This document shows, piece by piece, positions 9,341 to 17,568 of a stretch of 64,000 bases of DNA (positions are counted from its first letter, which is position 1; each line of letters opens with the position of its first letter). Source of the stretch: Marinobacter sp. (GTDB taxonomy: Bacteria > Pseudomonadota > Gammaproteobacteria > Pseudomonadales > Oleiphilaceae); contig JAKDUK010000005.1 in NCBI GenBank assembly GCA_030457765.1, positions 12,484 through 76,483 on the forward strand, given 5' to 3'. The notes beneath the pieces were generated by a model. The model was not told the origin of the DNA. It saw only the letters and a program-made list of their open reading frames with translations, and searched no databases. Made by a program: the position numbers and the translations under genes.

Positions 9341-9892
9341 TCATGAAAACGGCGACGGCGCCGCCTTAAACTCCGCATAAAGCTCTGGGTAGTCTTCTCG
9401 TAGCCGCGATAAGTTTGCTTGAGCCCCGTCTGGCAACATCTCCAGCAAAGCTTTCTGCTGCGCATCGGTTAGATGCTCACGAAGGAATGGAAACAGCTCT
9501 TCGCGCTCAGCGTGCAGGTAGGCGAGATGGGCATCGAGATAGGTTTTCAAATCTTCAATGAAGCGCTCCATGGGCACTACCGCATCCAGCAGGATCATGT
9601 CTATGGTCTCGGAAAGCTCATTCAGTCGCTTACGCAAGGCTTGATAGTCCTCAGCCAGCCTGTGACTGAGCGCTTCGGCTTTGGGTTCCCTGGCCAGCAG
9701 ATGCTCAGTGTAAAGGCGCTCCAACGGCATAATAAAGCCGTCCATGTACTCCAGAATGTAATCCACAACCTCACGCATCAGGTGAAAATCCGGGCGCTCG
9801 CCCTGCTCCAGTGTGCCATGTCGAAGCATAAGTATGTGCAGCAGCCGCGCCATATTGGCGTGGTCGCGACGTAATTGGTTAAGGGTAGCCAT
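9341..9892 (-). CDS. Hemerythrin-like helical protein with degenerate metal ligands
   Basis: 'LRRDHANM', 'REVVDY', 'DMILLDAVVP' and 'EREELFP' match the hemerythrin-domain pattern, but the His ligands are replaced; AGGAGG SD. Confidence 0.7.
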   Translation of the reverse strand: MATLNQLRRDHANMARLLHILMLRHGTLEQGERPDFHLMREVVDYILEYMDGFIMPLERLYTEHLLAREPKAEALSHRLAEDYQALRKRLNELSETIDMILLDAVVPMERFIEDLKTYLDAHLAYLHAEREELFPFLREHLTDAQQKALLEMLPDGAQANLSRLREDYPELYAEFKAAPSPFS

Positions 9893-9954
9893 GATAAAGC
9901 CTCCTTTGCTGATAACCCCATACTGGATCGTTCGTTAGTGTAATACCAGACCTG

Positions 9955-10311
9955 TCAGGCCCCTGGCAATGCCGCCGTAACCATCACTTCTACCTTCCAC
10001 TTGGGTTCCGCCAGTGCTGCTTCAACGCAGGCACGAACCGGCGGACGACCCGGCGTTACCCAAGCGTCCCAGGCTGCATTCATCTCGCTGAATTCAGCCA
10101 TATCTGTGACCCAGATAGTGGCGGCCAGTAGTTGGGATTTGTCAGTGCCAGCCTTGACCAGCAAAGCATCAACCGCCGCCAACGCTTGCTCTGTTTGGGC
10201 TCGCATCGATGCGTTGCCATCCTGTGCAACTTGACCGGCCAGGTACACCGTCTGGTTGTGAATAACCGCCTGGCTCATCCGTTGATTTGCGTCGACATGC
10301 TTCATTGTCAT
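9955..10311 (-). CDS. RidA/YjgF-family protein (YoaB/Rid2-like)
   Basis: Motifs 'RMSQAVIHNQTVYLAGQV', 'MNAAWDAW', 'PVRACV' and 'KVEVMVTA'. Confidence 0.9.
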   Translation of the reverse strand: MTMKHVDANQRMSQAVIHNQTVYLAGQVAQDGNASMRAQTEQALAAVDALLVKAGTDKSQLLAATIWVTDMAEFSEMNAAWDAWVTPGRPPVRACVEAALAEPKWKVEVMVTAALPGA

Positions 10312-10417
10312 GATAATTTACTCGCTCTCAAGGATAGTAAATACGTGCTACATGGAGTCACTCTTAGGGTAGCTTAGTACCGCTTGCTCATTTAGATAGC
10401 TTGGCCTATGTTGAAAT

Positions 10418-10464
10418 GACTACGCCAAAGTAGAGTGTATGAGTTTGTGGTCTTTAACGTAGTC
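10418..10464. promoter_or_regulatory. Long-spacer inverted repeat in the divergent rid/TRAP intergenic region
   Basis: GACTACGCCAAAG-N21-CTTTAACGTAGTC; arms are 11/13 complementary. Confidence 0.4.
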
Positions 10465-10513
10465 TTTACTGGCGTTAGATAATAAATACAAAACAATAAG
10501 AGACCCTGCGCAT

Positions 10514-11596
10514 ATGATTATCAAGACGATTTCACGAATTGCCATACTTGCCGCATTGCCGCTGGCCATGGCTGCTGTACCGGCACAAGCCAATGAAATG
10601 GCGATTGCCACCATTCTGCCCGAAAACATGAGCAACAACTCGGTCTACCCCGCGTTGGTGCGCTTCAAGGATTTGGTCGAATCACGCACCGACGGCGAGG
10701 TAACGGTTAATATTTTTGGCAACAGCCAGTTGGGGTCAGAGGTAGACACCGCCAAAGAAGTTCAGGGCGGTCGCACCCTCCAATCCACTATTATCACTAC
10801 CGGCGCCATGTCGTCCTACTATGACGATTACCAGCTGATGACAGCTCCCTTCGTGTTCGATAACTGGCGCCAGGCCTGGGCTTTCCTCGATGGTGAGTGG
10901 TTTGCCGATTTGATGTCCGGCACGGTTGAAGAAACGAATATGCGTTATCTGGGCACCTTCGATGATGGCGGCGGTTTCGTGGCTTTCACCAACAACGAAC
11001 ACCTCATAAAAACAGTGGAAGACCTTGAAGGGCTTAATATCCGCACCGAGGAGAATCCCGGGCACGTAGCAATCATGAAGGCGCTGGGTGCATCTGCCAC
11101 ACCGCTACCCTGGGGTGAAGTGATCACCGCACTTGAAACCGGCCTGGCTGACGGTCAGTTCAACGCAACGGTGCTCAATACAACCTTTAACTTCCACGAA
11201 GTAACCGATTACACCACCCTGACCGGTCACGTATACAACAGCGCCGCCTGGCTGATCAGCGAAGACTGGTACCAGAACCTGACCGATGAACAGCAGGAAG
11301 TCATTGTAACCTCAGCCCGTGAAGCCATCGCCATAGGGCACGGCATGTCTGCGGCACTGGCCACAGCTGGCTGGCAGGAATCCTGCGAGACCTTCAAGGA
11401 TTGCTACCTCATGCCTGCCGAAGAGCGCGAGCGCATGGCCGACATTGCGCGCCCTGCCTGGAAAAAGTGGATCGTGAATGACTTTGGTATCGACGCTAAA
11501 AAGGTCGATGAGTTTCTGGCAGAGGTAAAGCGTGTCGGTGAAGAAGTGAAAGAATCGGACATGGCCAAATACGGCTCAGACAAAACAGGTAAGTAA
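10514..11596 (+). CDS. dctP: TRAP transporter substrate-binding protein (DctP family)
   Basis: Signal peptide ('AQA'), 'NSQLGSE', conserved Arg in 'GLNIRT' and 'ALETGLADGQ'. Confidence 0.9.
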   Translation: MIIKTISRIAILAALPLAMAAVPAQANEMAIATILPENMSNNSVYPALVRFKDLVESRTDGEVTVNIFGNSQLGSEVDTAKEVQGGRTLQSTIITTGAMSSYYDDYQLMTAPFVFDNWRQAWAFLDGEWFADLMSGTVEETNMRYLGTFDDGGGFVAFTNNEHLIKTVEDLEGLNIRTEENPGHVAIMKALGASATPLPWGEVITALETGLADGQFNATVLNTTFNFHEVTDYTTLTGHVYNSAAWLISEDWYQNLTDEQQEVIVTSAREAIAIGHGMSAALATAGWQESCETFKDCYLMPAEERERMADIARPAWKKWIVNDFGIDAKKVDEFLAEVKRVGEEVKESDMAKYGSDKTGK

Positions 11597-11622
11597 CGAC
11601 TAACATCGCTCGCTCACCCATC

Positions 11623-11648
11623 GGCCGGCTGGGCACTGCTAGCCGGCT
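11623..11648 (+). terminator. Intergenic hairpin between dctP and dctQ (mRNA stabiliser or partial terminator)
   Basis: GGCCGGCTGG-GCACTG-CTAGCCGGCT followed by TATGTTGCTTTT. Confidence 0.5.
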
Positions 11649-11671
11649 TATGTTGCTTTTAAGGTACATTG

Positions 11672-12217
11672 ATGCAACTTCTTCAGCCTCTGCGCCAATT
11701 GAGTGACCGGGTTAACCAAGCGGCGATTGTGGCCTGTGTGACCTGTGTACTTATTATGCTGGGCATCTCGTTCACGGCCTTCATCTATAAACTGGTTACC
11801 GGCGGCAGCCTGAGCTGGACCTACTCATTAGCAAGGCTTTTCCTACCCTGGATCGGCTTTCTTTCCATGACTATCTCATTACGCTACGGCGAGCACGTGG
11901 CCATGACGCTGTTGGTTCGCAGCCTGCCCAGGGCGCTACTGACGTTTGCCGCGGCTCTGTGTCTTATTATGATCGCAGTGTTTGGAGTGCTGTTGCTGTG
12001 GTATGGCTGGAGCTACTTCACAAGTGCAAACCAGATTTACATGGTTTCTGACCAGATCCAGATTTCTGCCAAGTTTACCGCCATTGTGGTGCCTATCAGC
12101 GGCGCTATCATTTTGTTGCACCTGGTACAGGGCTTCGCCCTACTCGAGCACTTCATCGATGACGAAGCGCTAATTGATGAATATATCGGAACCCAGGATA
12201 TGGAGAAGCGCACATGA
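11672..12217 (+). CDS. dctQ: TRAP transporter small permease (DctQ)
   Basis: Four TM segments with 'GEHVAM'; lies between dctP and dctM; ATGA overlap with dctM. Confidence 0.88.
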   Translation: MQLLQPLRQLSDRVNQAAIVACVTCVLIMLGISFTAFIYKLVTGGSLSWTYSLARLFLPWIGFLSMTISLRYGEHVAMTLLVRSLPRALLTFAAALCLIMIAVFGVLLLWYGWSYFTSANQIYMVSDQIQISAKFTAIVVPISGAIILLHLVQGFALLEHFIDDEALIDEYIGTQDMEKRT

Positions 12218-13488
12218 TCCCCGCCATTGTTGTATTTGTGGTGCTTCTGCTTATCGGCATGCCGGTAGCCGTTGTTATGGCTCTTTCTGGCCTGGCCGGT
12301 GGCTTTTCCATGGGTGGCGAGTACATGCTCAGCATTATTGCTGACCGCATGTTTGCCGGTGTTTCGGGCTTTATGCTCATTGCCGTGCCTTATTTTATTT
12401 TCACCGCCGAGTTGATGAACCAGGGCGGCCTGACCCAAAAACTGATCGACTTCAACAATGCGCTTTTTGGCCGAGTGCGCGGAGCACTGTCGCACGTTAA
12501 TATTTCTGTATCTGTGTTCTTTGCCGGGCTAACTGGCGCGGCCATCACCGATACCGTGGCGATCGGTAAAATCATGATCCCCGAGATGAAAAAACAAGGT
12601 TATGACGCCGACTACGCCGCGGCCATCACTGCCTGCTCATCAATCATCGGGCCGATCATTCCACCCAGCGTCGTGATGGTGATTTATGCCACGCTGCTGC
12701 GTGATATTTCAGTTATCGACCTGTTTGCCGGCGGCATCATTCCCGGCCTATTGATGGCATTGGCGCTGCTTGCAGTGAGCTTTTTTCTGGCCTGGAAGCG
12801 AGGCTACCCCAAACAGGCGCCGACGCCACTCAAGGTAGCGGGGATGGCTTTTTTAATGGCCTTGCCGGCGATGTTCGTGCCGCTGATCATTCTTGGCGGG
12901 ATTTTATCAGGGCTGACAACCATCACCGAGGCTTCAGGATTTGCCGCCGTTTATGCCATCGTGATTGGCTTGGTGTTCTATCGTAACCTTACCTGGAAAA
13001 AAATCTGGCACGCACTGGTGGTAACCGTGCGCTTCTCCGGCGTGGTGTTTTTCCTGCTGGCAACCTCGGCGGTGCTTGGCTGGTTTGTGACCCGCTCTGG
13101 CATCGCCCGGGACGCGGCTGAACTAATCACCACCTTCAGCGATTCGATGTTTGTCCAGCTACTGCTGGTGTGCGCGCTATTGTTGCTGGTTGGAACGGTA
13201 ATGGATGTGCTGCCGGCGCTTGTTGTTGTCGCGCCGGTACTGGTGCCGGCAATGGTTCAGCTGGGCGTAGACCCGCTGCACTTTGCAATTCTGATGATTG
13301 TGGTGCTCAATATCGCCAACGTTACACCACCCGTGGGGATGACGCTCATGACAGCGGCCCGAATCGCCAACGTGCCGTTCGAGCGGGCAATTATTGCCTC
13401 GCTGCCGTTTTACTTCGCCTTTGCGGCGGTGATTCTGCTGCTGGTGGCGTTTCCCATACTGTCAACCTGGGTACCCTCGCTGCTCTAG
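12214..13488 (+). CDS. dctM: TRAP transporter large permease (DctM)
   Basis: Motifs 'IIGPIIPPS', 'LFAGGIIPG' and 'TPPVG'; 424 aa, hydrophobic. Confidence 0.92.
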   Translation: MIPAIVVFVVLLLIGMPVAVVMALSGLAGGFSMGGEYMLSIIADRMFAGVSGFMLIAVPYFIFTAELMNQGGLTQKLIDFNNALFGRVRGALSHVNISVSVFFAGLTGAAITDTVAIGKIMIPEMKKQGYDADYAAAITACSSIIGPIIPPSVVMVIYATLLRDISVIDLFAGGIIPGLLMALALLAVSFFLAWKRGYPKQAPTPLKVAGMAFLMALPAMFVPLIILGGILSGLTTITEASGFAAVYAIVIGLVFYRNLTWKKIWHALVVTVRFSGVVFFLLATSAVLGWFVTRSGIARDAAELITTFSDSMFVQLLLVCALLLLVGTVMDVLPALVVVAPVLVPAMVQLGVDPLHFAILMIVVLNIANVTPPVGMTLMTAARIANVPFERAIIASLPFYFAFAAVILLLVAFPILSTWVPSLL

Positions 13489-14367
13489 CGAGGGGCTCTT
13501 GCTTGGCAAGCGCAAACGCCGCTGCGACAACACCGCTTGAATTACGCCCGATACAATAATCAAAGCACTTCCAGACATCTGCATGGCATTCAAGCTTTGG
13601 CTGAACAACCCCCACCCTAGCGCAACAACCACGATAGGCTCCAGATAAGCCAGAGTGCCAAACGTAGCAGCCGGGAGAGCCTTCAGCGCCACCACCGCAA
13701 ACATAATCGCCAGGAACCCCGGAACAACACCTGCCGCCACAAGCCAGCCCCACTGCCCTGCATCAATGCTGTCGCCTTGCTGCAACATAAAAGGCAACAT
13801 GCACAGGGCGCCCGCCGCCATTTGAAAGCCACTGCGGGTCAGCACATGTACACGCTCGTGAATAAGTCGATTGGTGAGAATAAAGGCCGCATAACACAAC
13901 ATCCCACACAGCGCGTAAAACAGCCCAATTGCTTCTTCTCCTCGCCCTGAGAGATTAAAATTGAATTCCATCATCATCGCAAAGCCAAACAGCGCCATGG
14001 CTATCAAGGCAGTGCTGGCTCCCGACAATCGTTCCCCCATAAAAAAGTGCGCAATCGTGGCTGCAGTCACCGGTGCCAAATACAGCAGCATGACTGCGTT
14101 CGCCATACTGGTATAGCTCATGGCCATCACATAAAAAACCACAAAGCCTGAGAGAAACGCGCCTGTTACCAAAACCTTCATGCCCGGCCAGGTGAACACC
14201 TTCTCTTTCTGGCCTGTCACTAAAAGGAAACAACCCATTAAAACGGCGCCGATAAACAAACGGTAAAACGTAACTGTTTCGGCGCTCACGCCGGCGTAAA
14301 TAGAAATCGCGCCAATGGTGCCCATGAAAACGGCAGAAAGAACGGCCGCCAATATGTATGAGTTCAT
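13462..14367 (-). CDS. DMT/EamA-family transporter
   Basis: Two EamA repeats ('ANAVMLLYLAPV', 'LAYLEPIV'). Overlaps the dctM 3' end by 27 nt. Confidence 0.85.
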   Translation of the reverse strand: MNSYILAAVLSAVFMGTIGAISIYAGVSAETVTFYRLFIGAVLMGCFLLVTGQKEKVFTWPGMKVLVTGAFLSGFVVFYVMAMSYTSMANAVMLLYLAPVTAATIAHFFMGERLSGASTALIAMALFGFAMMMEFNFNLSGRGEEAIGLFYALCGMLCYAAFILTNRLIHERVHVLTRSGFQMAAGALCMLPFMLQQGDSIDAGQWGWLVAAGVVPGFLAIMFAVVALKALPAATFGTLAYLEPIVVVALGWGLFSQSLNAMQMSGSALIIVSGVIQAVLSQRRLRLPSKSPSLEQRGYPG

Positions 14368-14501
14368 TCGCTCAGGAACCTTTTACGGTTTTGGAAGGGA
14401 TCGGAATGGTCGCTAGTCTGCCTGGTGCAGCCTAAAGAAGGAAGCATGGCAACGACCCACTGACCACGCCACTGGAACACCCGAATAAGCCTTGGTGTTG
14501 A

Positions 14502-16394
14502 CTATGACCAAAGGCCAAACCGTTTTATTTTTCGATAGAGCGTTGCTCGCGTAATGCCCAACTCCCGGGATGCAGCACTTACATTGTTATCGTGCTTTTC
14601 GAGCACCGCACACACTGCCTTACGCTCTGCATCAGCCAACAGCATTCCCGGTATTGCGTTTGGCGCTGAGACTGAAGGCCGATTCACTTTGATTTCATCA
14701 GGCAAGTGATCTACCTCTATAGTACCCAGGTCAGAGAGTGCTTGCCCAAGATTCAACGCCTGCTTTAGCTCTCTAATATTACCTTTCCAATCGTGGCTGT
14801 TTAACAGTTTTCGGGCTTCAGGCGTCAGTGTCGAGGCCCCCTCCGGGCGTGCAATCAAGGCCAACAAATGATCGATCATGGAATCCAGCTCTTCACGCTC
14901 CCGAAGAGCTGGCAGAGCTACCCTAAGGCCATTGACTCTATAATAGAGGTCGTCGCGAAAACCTCCTTTCTCCATCAGCACCTCCAGATCCCGGTGCGTC
15001 GCGCAAATTAAAGAAAAAGAAATGGGGCGTGGTCTTTCTTCCCCAAGCCTGGTCACTGTGCGCTCCTGCAGTACACGCAACAAACGCGCCTGAAACTCCG
15101 TTGGCATATCGCCTATTTCGTCCAAAAAAAGCGTACCCCCACACGCCTCTTCAAACTTTCCCTTCGCGCCCCCACGGCGAGCACCGGTGAATGCCCCATC
15201 GGCATAGCCAAACAACTCTGACTCGATTAGCCCGGCGGGAATAGCCGAGCAATTTACAGCGACAAAAGCGCCTTTTGGAGAAGGCCCTTCAACATGTAGC
15301 CAGCGAGCCAGAACCTCCTTGCCTGTCCCGGTTTCACCGTTAATCAGAACAGGCACTCCATGCTTGAAGGCGCGCCGCGCCTTCTCGAAAAGGGGCTTCA
15401 ATGAAGCGTCCACAAAGAAGGCAGGGAAAGGTGACGGCTGTTTTGTTTCGGGCCTAACGTTAGCCGAAAAAGGTTTTCTACGCTGGGTCTCCGTCTGAAG
15501 ATACAGCCTTGATCCATTATAACATTCCACCTCAATGGGGCGGTGTTGCGACCGCCATATTTCGTCAGGGTGGCATGAGAACAAGTCTCTAAAGCACACA
15601 CCACCCTGACTCTGTTCAAGAAAATCAAGGCCTAACATTTGACGGGCTGAAGGATTTGCTCCCAGTACCTCGCCATCCTCACCAAAGTGTATCAAGCCAC
15701 GCATGGGTGAATCCGAAAGCTCAGGACGATAATGAAGAGCCAAAACCAGTGCACCAGACAAATCCCCAACCATTCGGTTTTCTACGGCCCGAGTTGTCAG
15801 CGCAACTGACTCAAGAATCCCAACTGGACGGCCATCGTAGGGCTTAGAGGCGTTCAAAGCTCCCACCAACTTCCCTGCAGGATCAAAAATAGGTACGGCA
15901 ACGCAAGAAAGGTCACGCAATTCATGCAAAAAATGCTCATTGCCACACACAACTGAGGGCCGGTGTTCTATTAATGCACATCCGGGACCGTTAGTGCCCA
16001 CAACCCCCTCTGAAAGGTCAATACCCGAATTCAGGGCAACACCCAGTACTTTGTACGAGGGACTGTCATTGCCAAAATACTTGATGCTACGGCCTTCTCT
16101 TTCCAGACACGCTAACACCCAGCCAGCGGAACCCAATGAGCGGAATAGCCGGCGCATTTCTGGTTCAGCATAGCTCATGAGCTGTTGATGTCGGTCGCGG
16201 ATATGGGGCAACTCTTTGCAGGGCGTGGCGTTTAGTAGGACCTGCTCAACCGGAGAAAGGCCATGCTCTCTGGACCGTAACCAGGATCGCATAACCTCAT
16301 CTCGTACCCATTGTGATGGCACTTCCCGCCCTTCATCAAAGAGCTCACGCGCCTGTTGAATCCGGATATCTGGATCGGAATGGTGTGTCTGCAT
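14502..16394 (-). CDS. Sigma54-dependent activator, AcoR type (GAF-AAA+-Fis HTH)
   Basis: GAF 'SWLRS...VGTNG...EHF'; AAA+ 'GETGTGKE', 'ELFGY..GAFTGA', 'FLDEIGD' and 'FRDDLYYR'; HTH 'NVSAASRELGITRATLYRK'. ATG 16394 follows GGAG. Confidence 0.93.
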   Translation of the reverse strand: MQTHHSDPDIRIQQARELFDEGREVPSQWVRDEVMRSWLRSREHGLSPVEQVLLNATPCKELPHIRDRHQQLMSYAEPEMRRLFRSLGSAGWVLACLEREGRSIKYFGNDSPSYKVLGVALNSGIDLSEGVVGTNGPGCALIEHRPSVVCGNEHFLHELRDLSCVAVPIFDPAGKLVGALNASKPYDGRPVGILESVALTTRAVENRMVGDLSGALVLALHYRPELSDSPMRGLIHFGEDGEVLGANPSARQMLGLDFLEQSQGGVCFRDLFSCHPDEIWRSQHRPIEVECYNGSRLYLQTETQRRKPFSANVRPETKQPSPFPAFFVDASLKPLFEKARRAFKHGVPVLINGETGTGKEVLARWLHVEGPSPKGAFVAVNCSAIPAGLIESELFGYADGAFTGARRGGAKGKFEEACGGTLFLDEIGDMPTEFQARLLRVLQERTVTRLGEERPRPISFSLICATHRDLEVLMEKGGFRDDLYYRVNGLRVALPALREREELDSMIDHLLALIARPEGASTLTPEARKLLNSHDWKGNIRELKQALNLGQALSDLGTIEVDHLPDEIKVNRPSVSAPNAIPGMLLADAERKAVCAVLEKHDNNVSAASRELGITRATLYRKIKRFGLWS

Positions 16395-16501
16395 GACCGT
16401 CTCCATCAAACTGTATTGTTATTGTCCACCTGGCCGATTCGCATGTACTAAAACGACCCAGTTATTTTTCAAAAATAGCAGCCAACCCTTACAAGGCCCC
16501 G

Positions 16502-16514
16502 CAATAAGTTGATT
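16502..16514 (-). promoter_or_regulatory. IHF-binding site
   Basis: The reverse strand reads AATCAACTTATTG, matching WATCAANNNNTTR, ~30 nt upstream of the -24 element. Confidence 0.7.
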
Positions 16515-16542
16515 TTACTGAATATTTAAAGCTCAAAAGTTC

Positions 16543-16558
16543 TGGCACGCTCGCTGCA
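16543..16558 (+). promoter_or_regulatory. Sigma54 (-24/-12) promoter of the alcohol-oxidation operon
   Basis: TGGCAC-GCTCG-CTGCA versus consensus TGGCAC-N5-TTGCW; divergent from a sigma54 activator. Confidence 0.85.
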
Positions 16559-16604
16559 TATGCAATAAATGCGATACCAACAAAACCAATAAGGAATCTG
16601 CATT

Positions 16605-17528
16605 ATGTCGCTTGTATCAACCTTTGAAAAAAGAATACTGCCCTTCTCCAAACAGCGGTATGTAAGCATTGCTTCAGCTGCTTTTACCACACTCTTGTTG
16701 TCTTCAGGCTCTGCGCAGGCTGTTGACATGGATGCGGGAGATTACACCGCTCTCCCTCCAGGCACTAATCTAGCTATGGGCTACTACCAGTTTGCTACAC
16801 GGGACGCCCTCTATTCCGACGGAAACAAAGCTCCTACCAATGCAGGTCTTGACTCCCATATAGGAATTTTGCGCGGAGTTCACTTCACTGAAATCGGCGG
16901 CTTTACCGTAGATCCTCAGTTCCTTCTACCAATAGGTAAGCTCGAAGGCAAGGACGATACATCTAGCCTCGGCGACGCCAGTGGCATAGGCGATTTAACT
17001 CTAGCTGCTACAGTGTGGCTACTGAATGAACCTGAAAGTAACACCTACTTCGGCATTACCCCTTTCGTCTACGCCCCTACGGGAAGTTATGATCAAAAGG
17101 ACGCGCTGAATTTGGGGGAAAACCGCTGGAGGTACGCACTCCAGGCAGGCTATATCACCGGGCTTACGCCCAAAATTTCTCTGGACTTGGCCGGGGACGT
17201 CACATTTTATGGAGAAAATGACAAGTTCGGAGCCGCCAAAGCGACTTTGAAACAGGACCCGTCTTATCAGTTGCAAAGTTTTTTTCGTTACCACATGACC
17301 TCTCAATGGGACCTTCGAGCTGGCCTTTCACACACTCTTGGCGGCGAGACTTCGGTTGACGGTGTAGACCAAGGTGACCGGATGTCATACACAAAAATGA
17401 CACTGGGAACCGCCTGGTTCGCAACCCCAAGTTTGCAGTTGCTGGCTAACTATGGAAGAGACCTCTCTGTAAAAAACGGGTTTAAAGAAAAACATCGAAT
17501 CAACCTTCGTGTTCTCAAAGCCTTCTAA
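16605..17528 (+). CDS. QbdB/SphA-like (COG4313, MetA-pathway) outer-membrane beta-barrel
   Basis: Signal peptide, 'DAGDYTALPPGT', 'PTGSYD...LNLGENRW' and C-terminal Phe; directly upstream of a quinohemoprotein ADH as in qbdBA. Confidence 0.8.
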   Translation: MSLVSTFEKRILPFSKQRYVSIASAAFTTLLLSSGSAQAVDMDAGDYTALPPGTNLAMGYYQFATRDALYSDGNKAPTNAGLDSHIGILRGVHFTEIGGFTVDPQFLLPIGKLEGKDDTSSLGDASGIGDLTLAATVWLLNEPESNTYFGITPFVYAPTGSYDQKDALNLGENRWRYALQAGYITGLTPKISLDLAGDVTFYGENDKFGAAKATLKQDPSYQLQSFFRYHMTSQWDLRAGLSHTLGGETSVDGVDQGDRMSYTKMTLGTAWFATPSLQLLANYGRDLSVKNGFKEKHRINLRVLKAF

Positions 17529-17568
17529 TACGGCTTAAAACAGTAATAAAAACGAAAAGGACATTGAG

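Noticed and set aside
9331-9465. N-terminal extension of the Crp/Fnr ORF containing extra Cys residues (LCWRCC), suggestive of FNR
   Set aside because: It lies inside the hemerythrin-like gene in another frame. The SD and GTG at 9330 define the real start, so these Cys are not Fe-S ligands.
9911-9929. Possible Fur box upstream of the hemerythrin-like gene
   Set aside because: Only 10/19 match to GATAATGATAATCATTATC.
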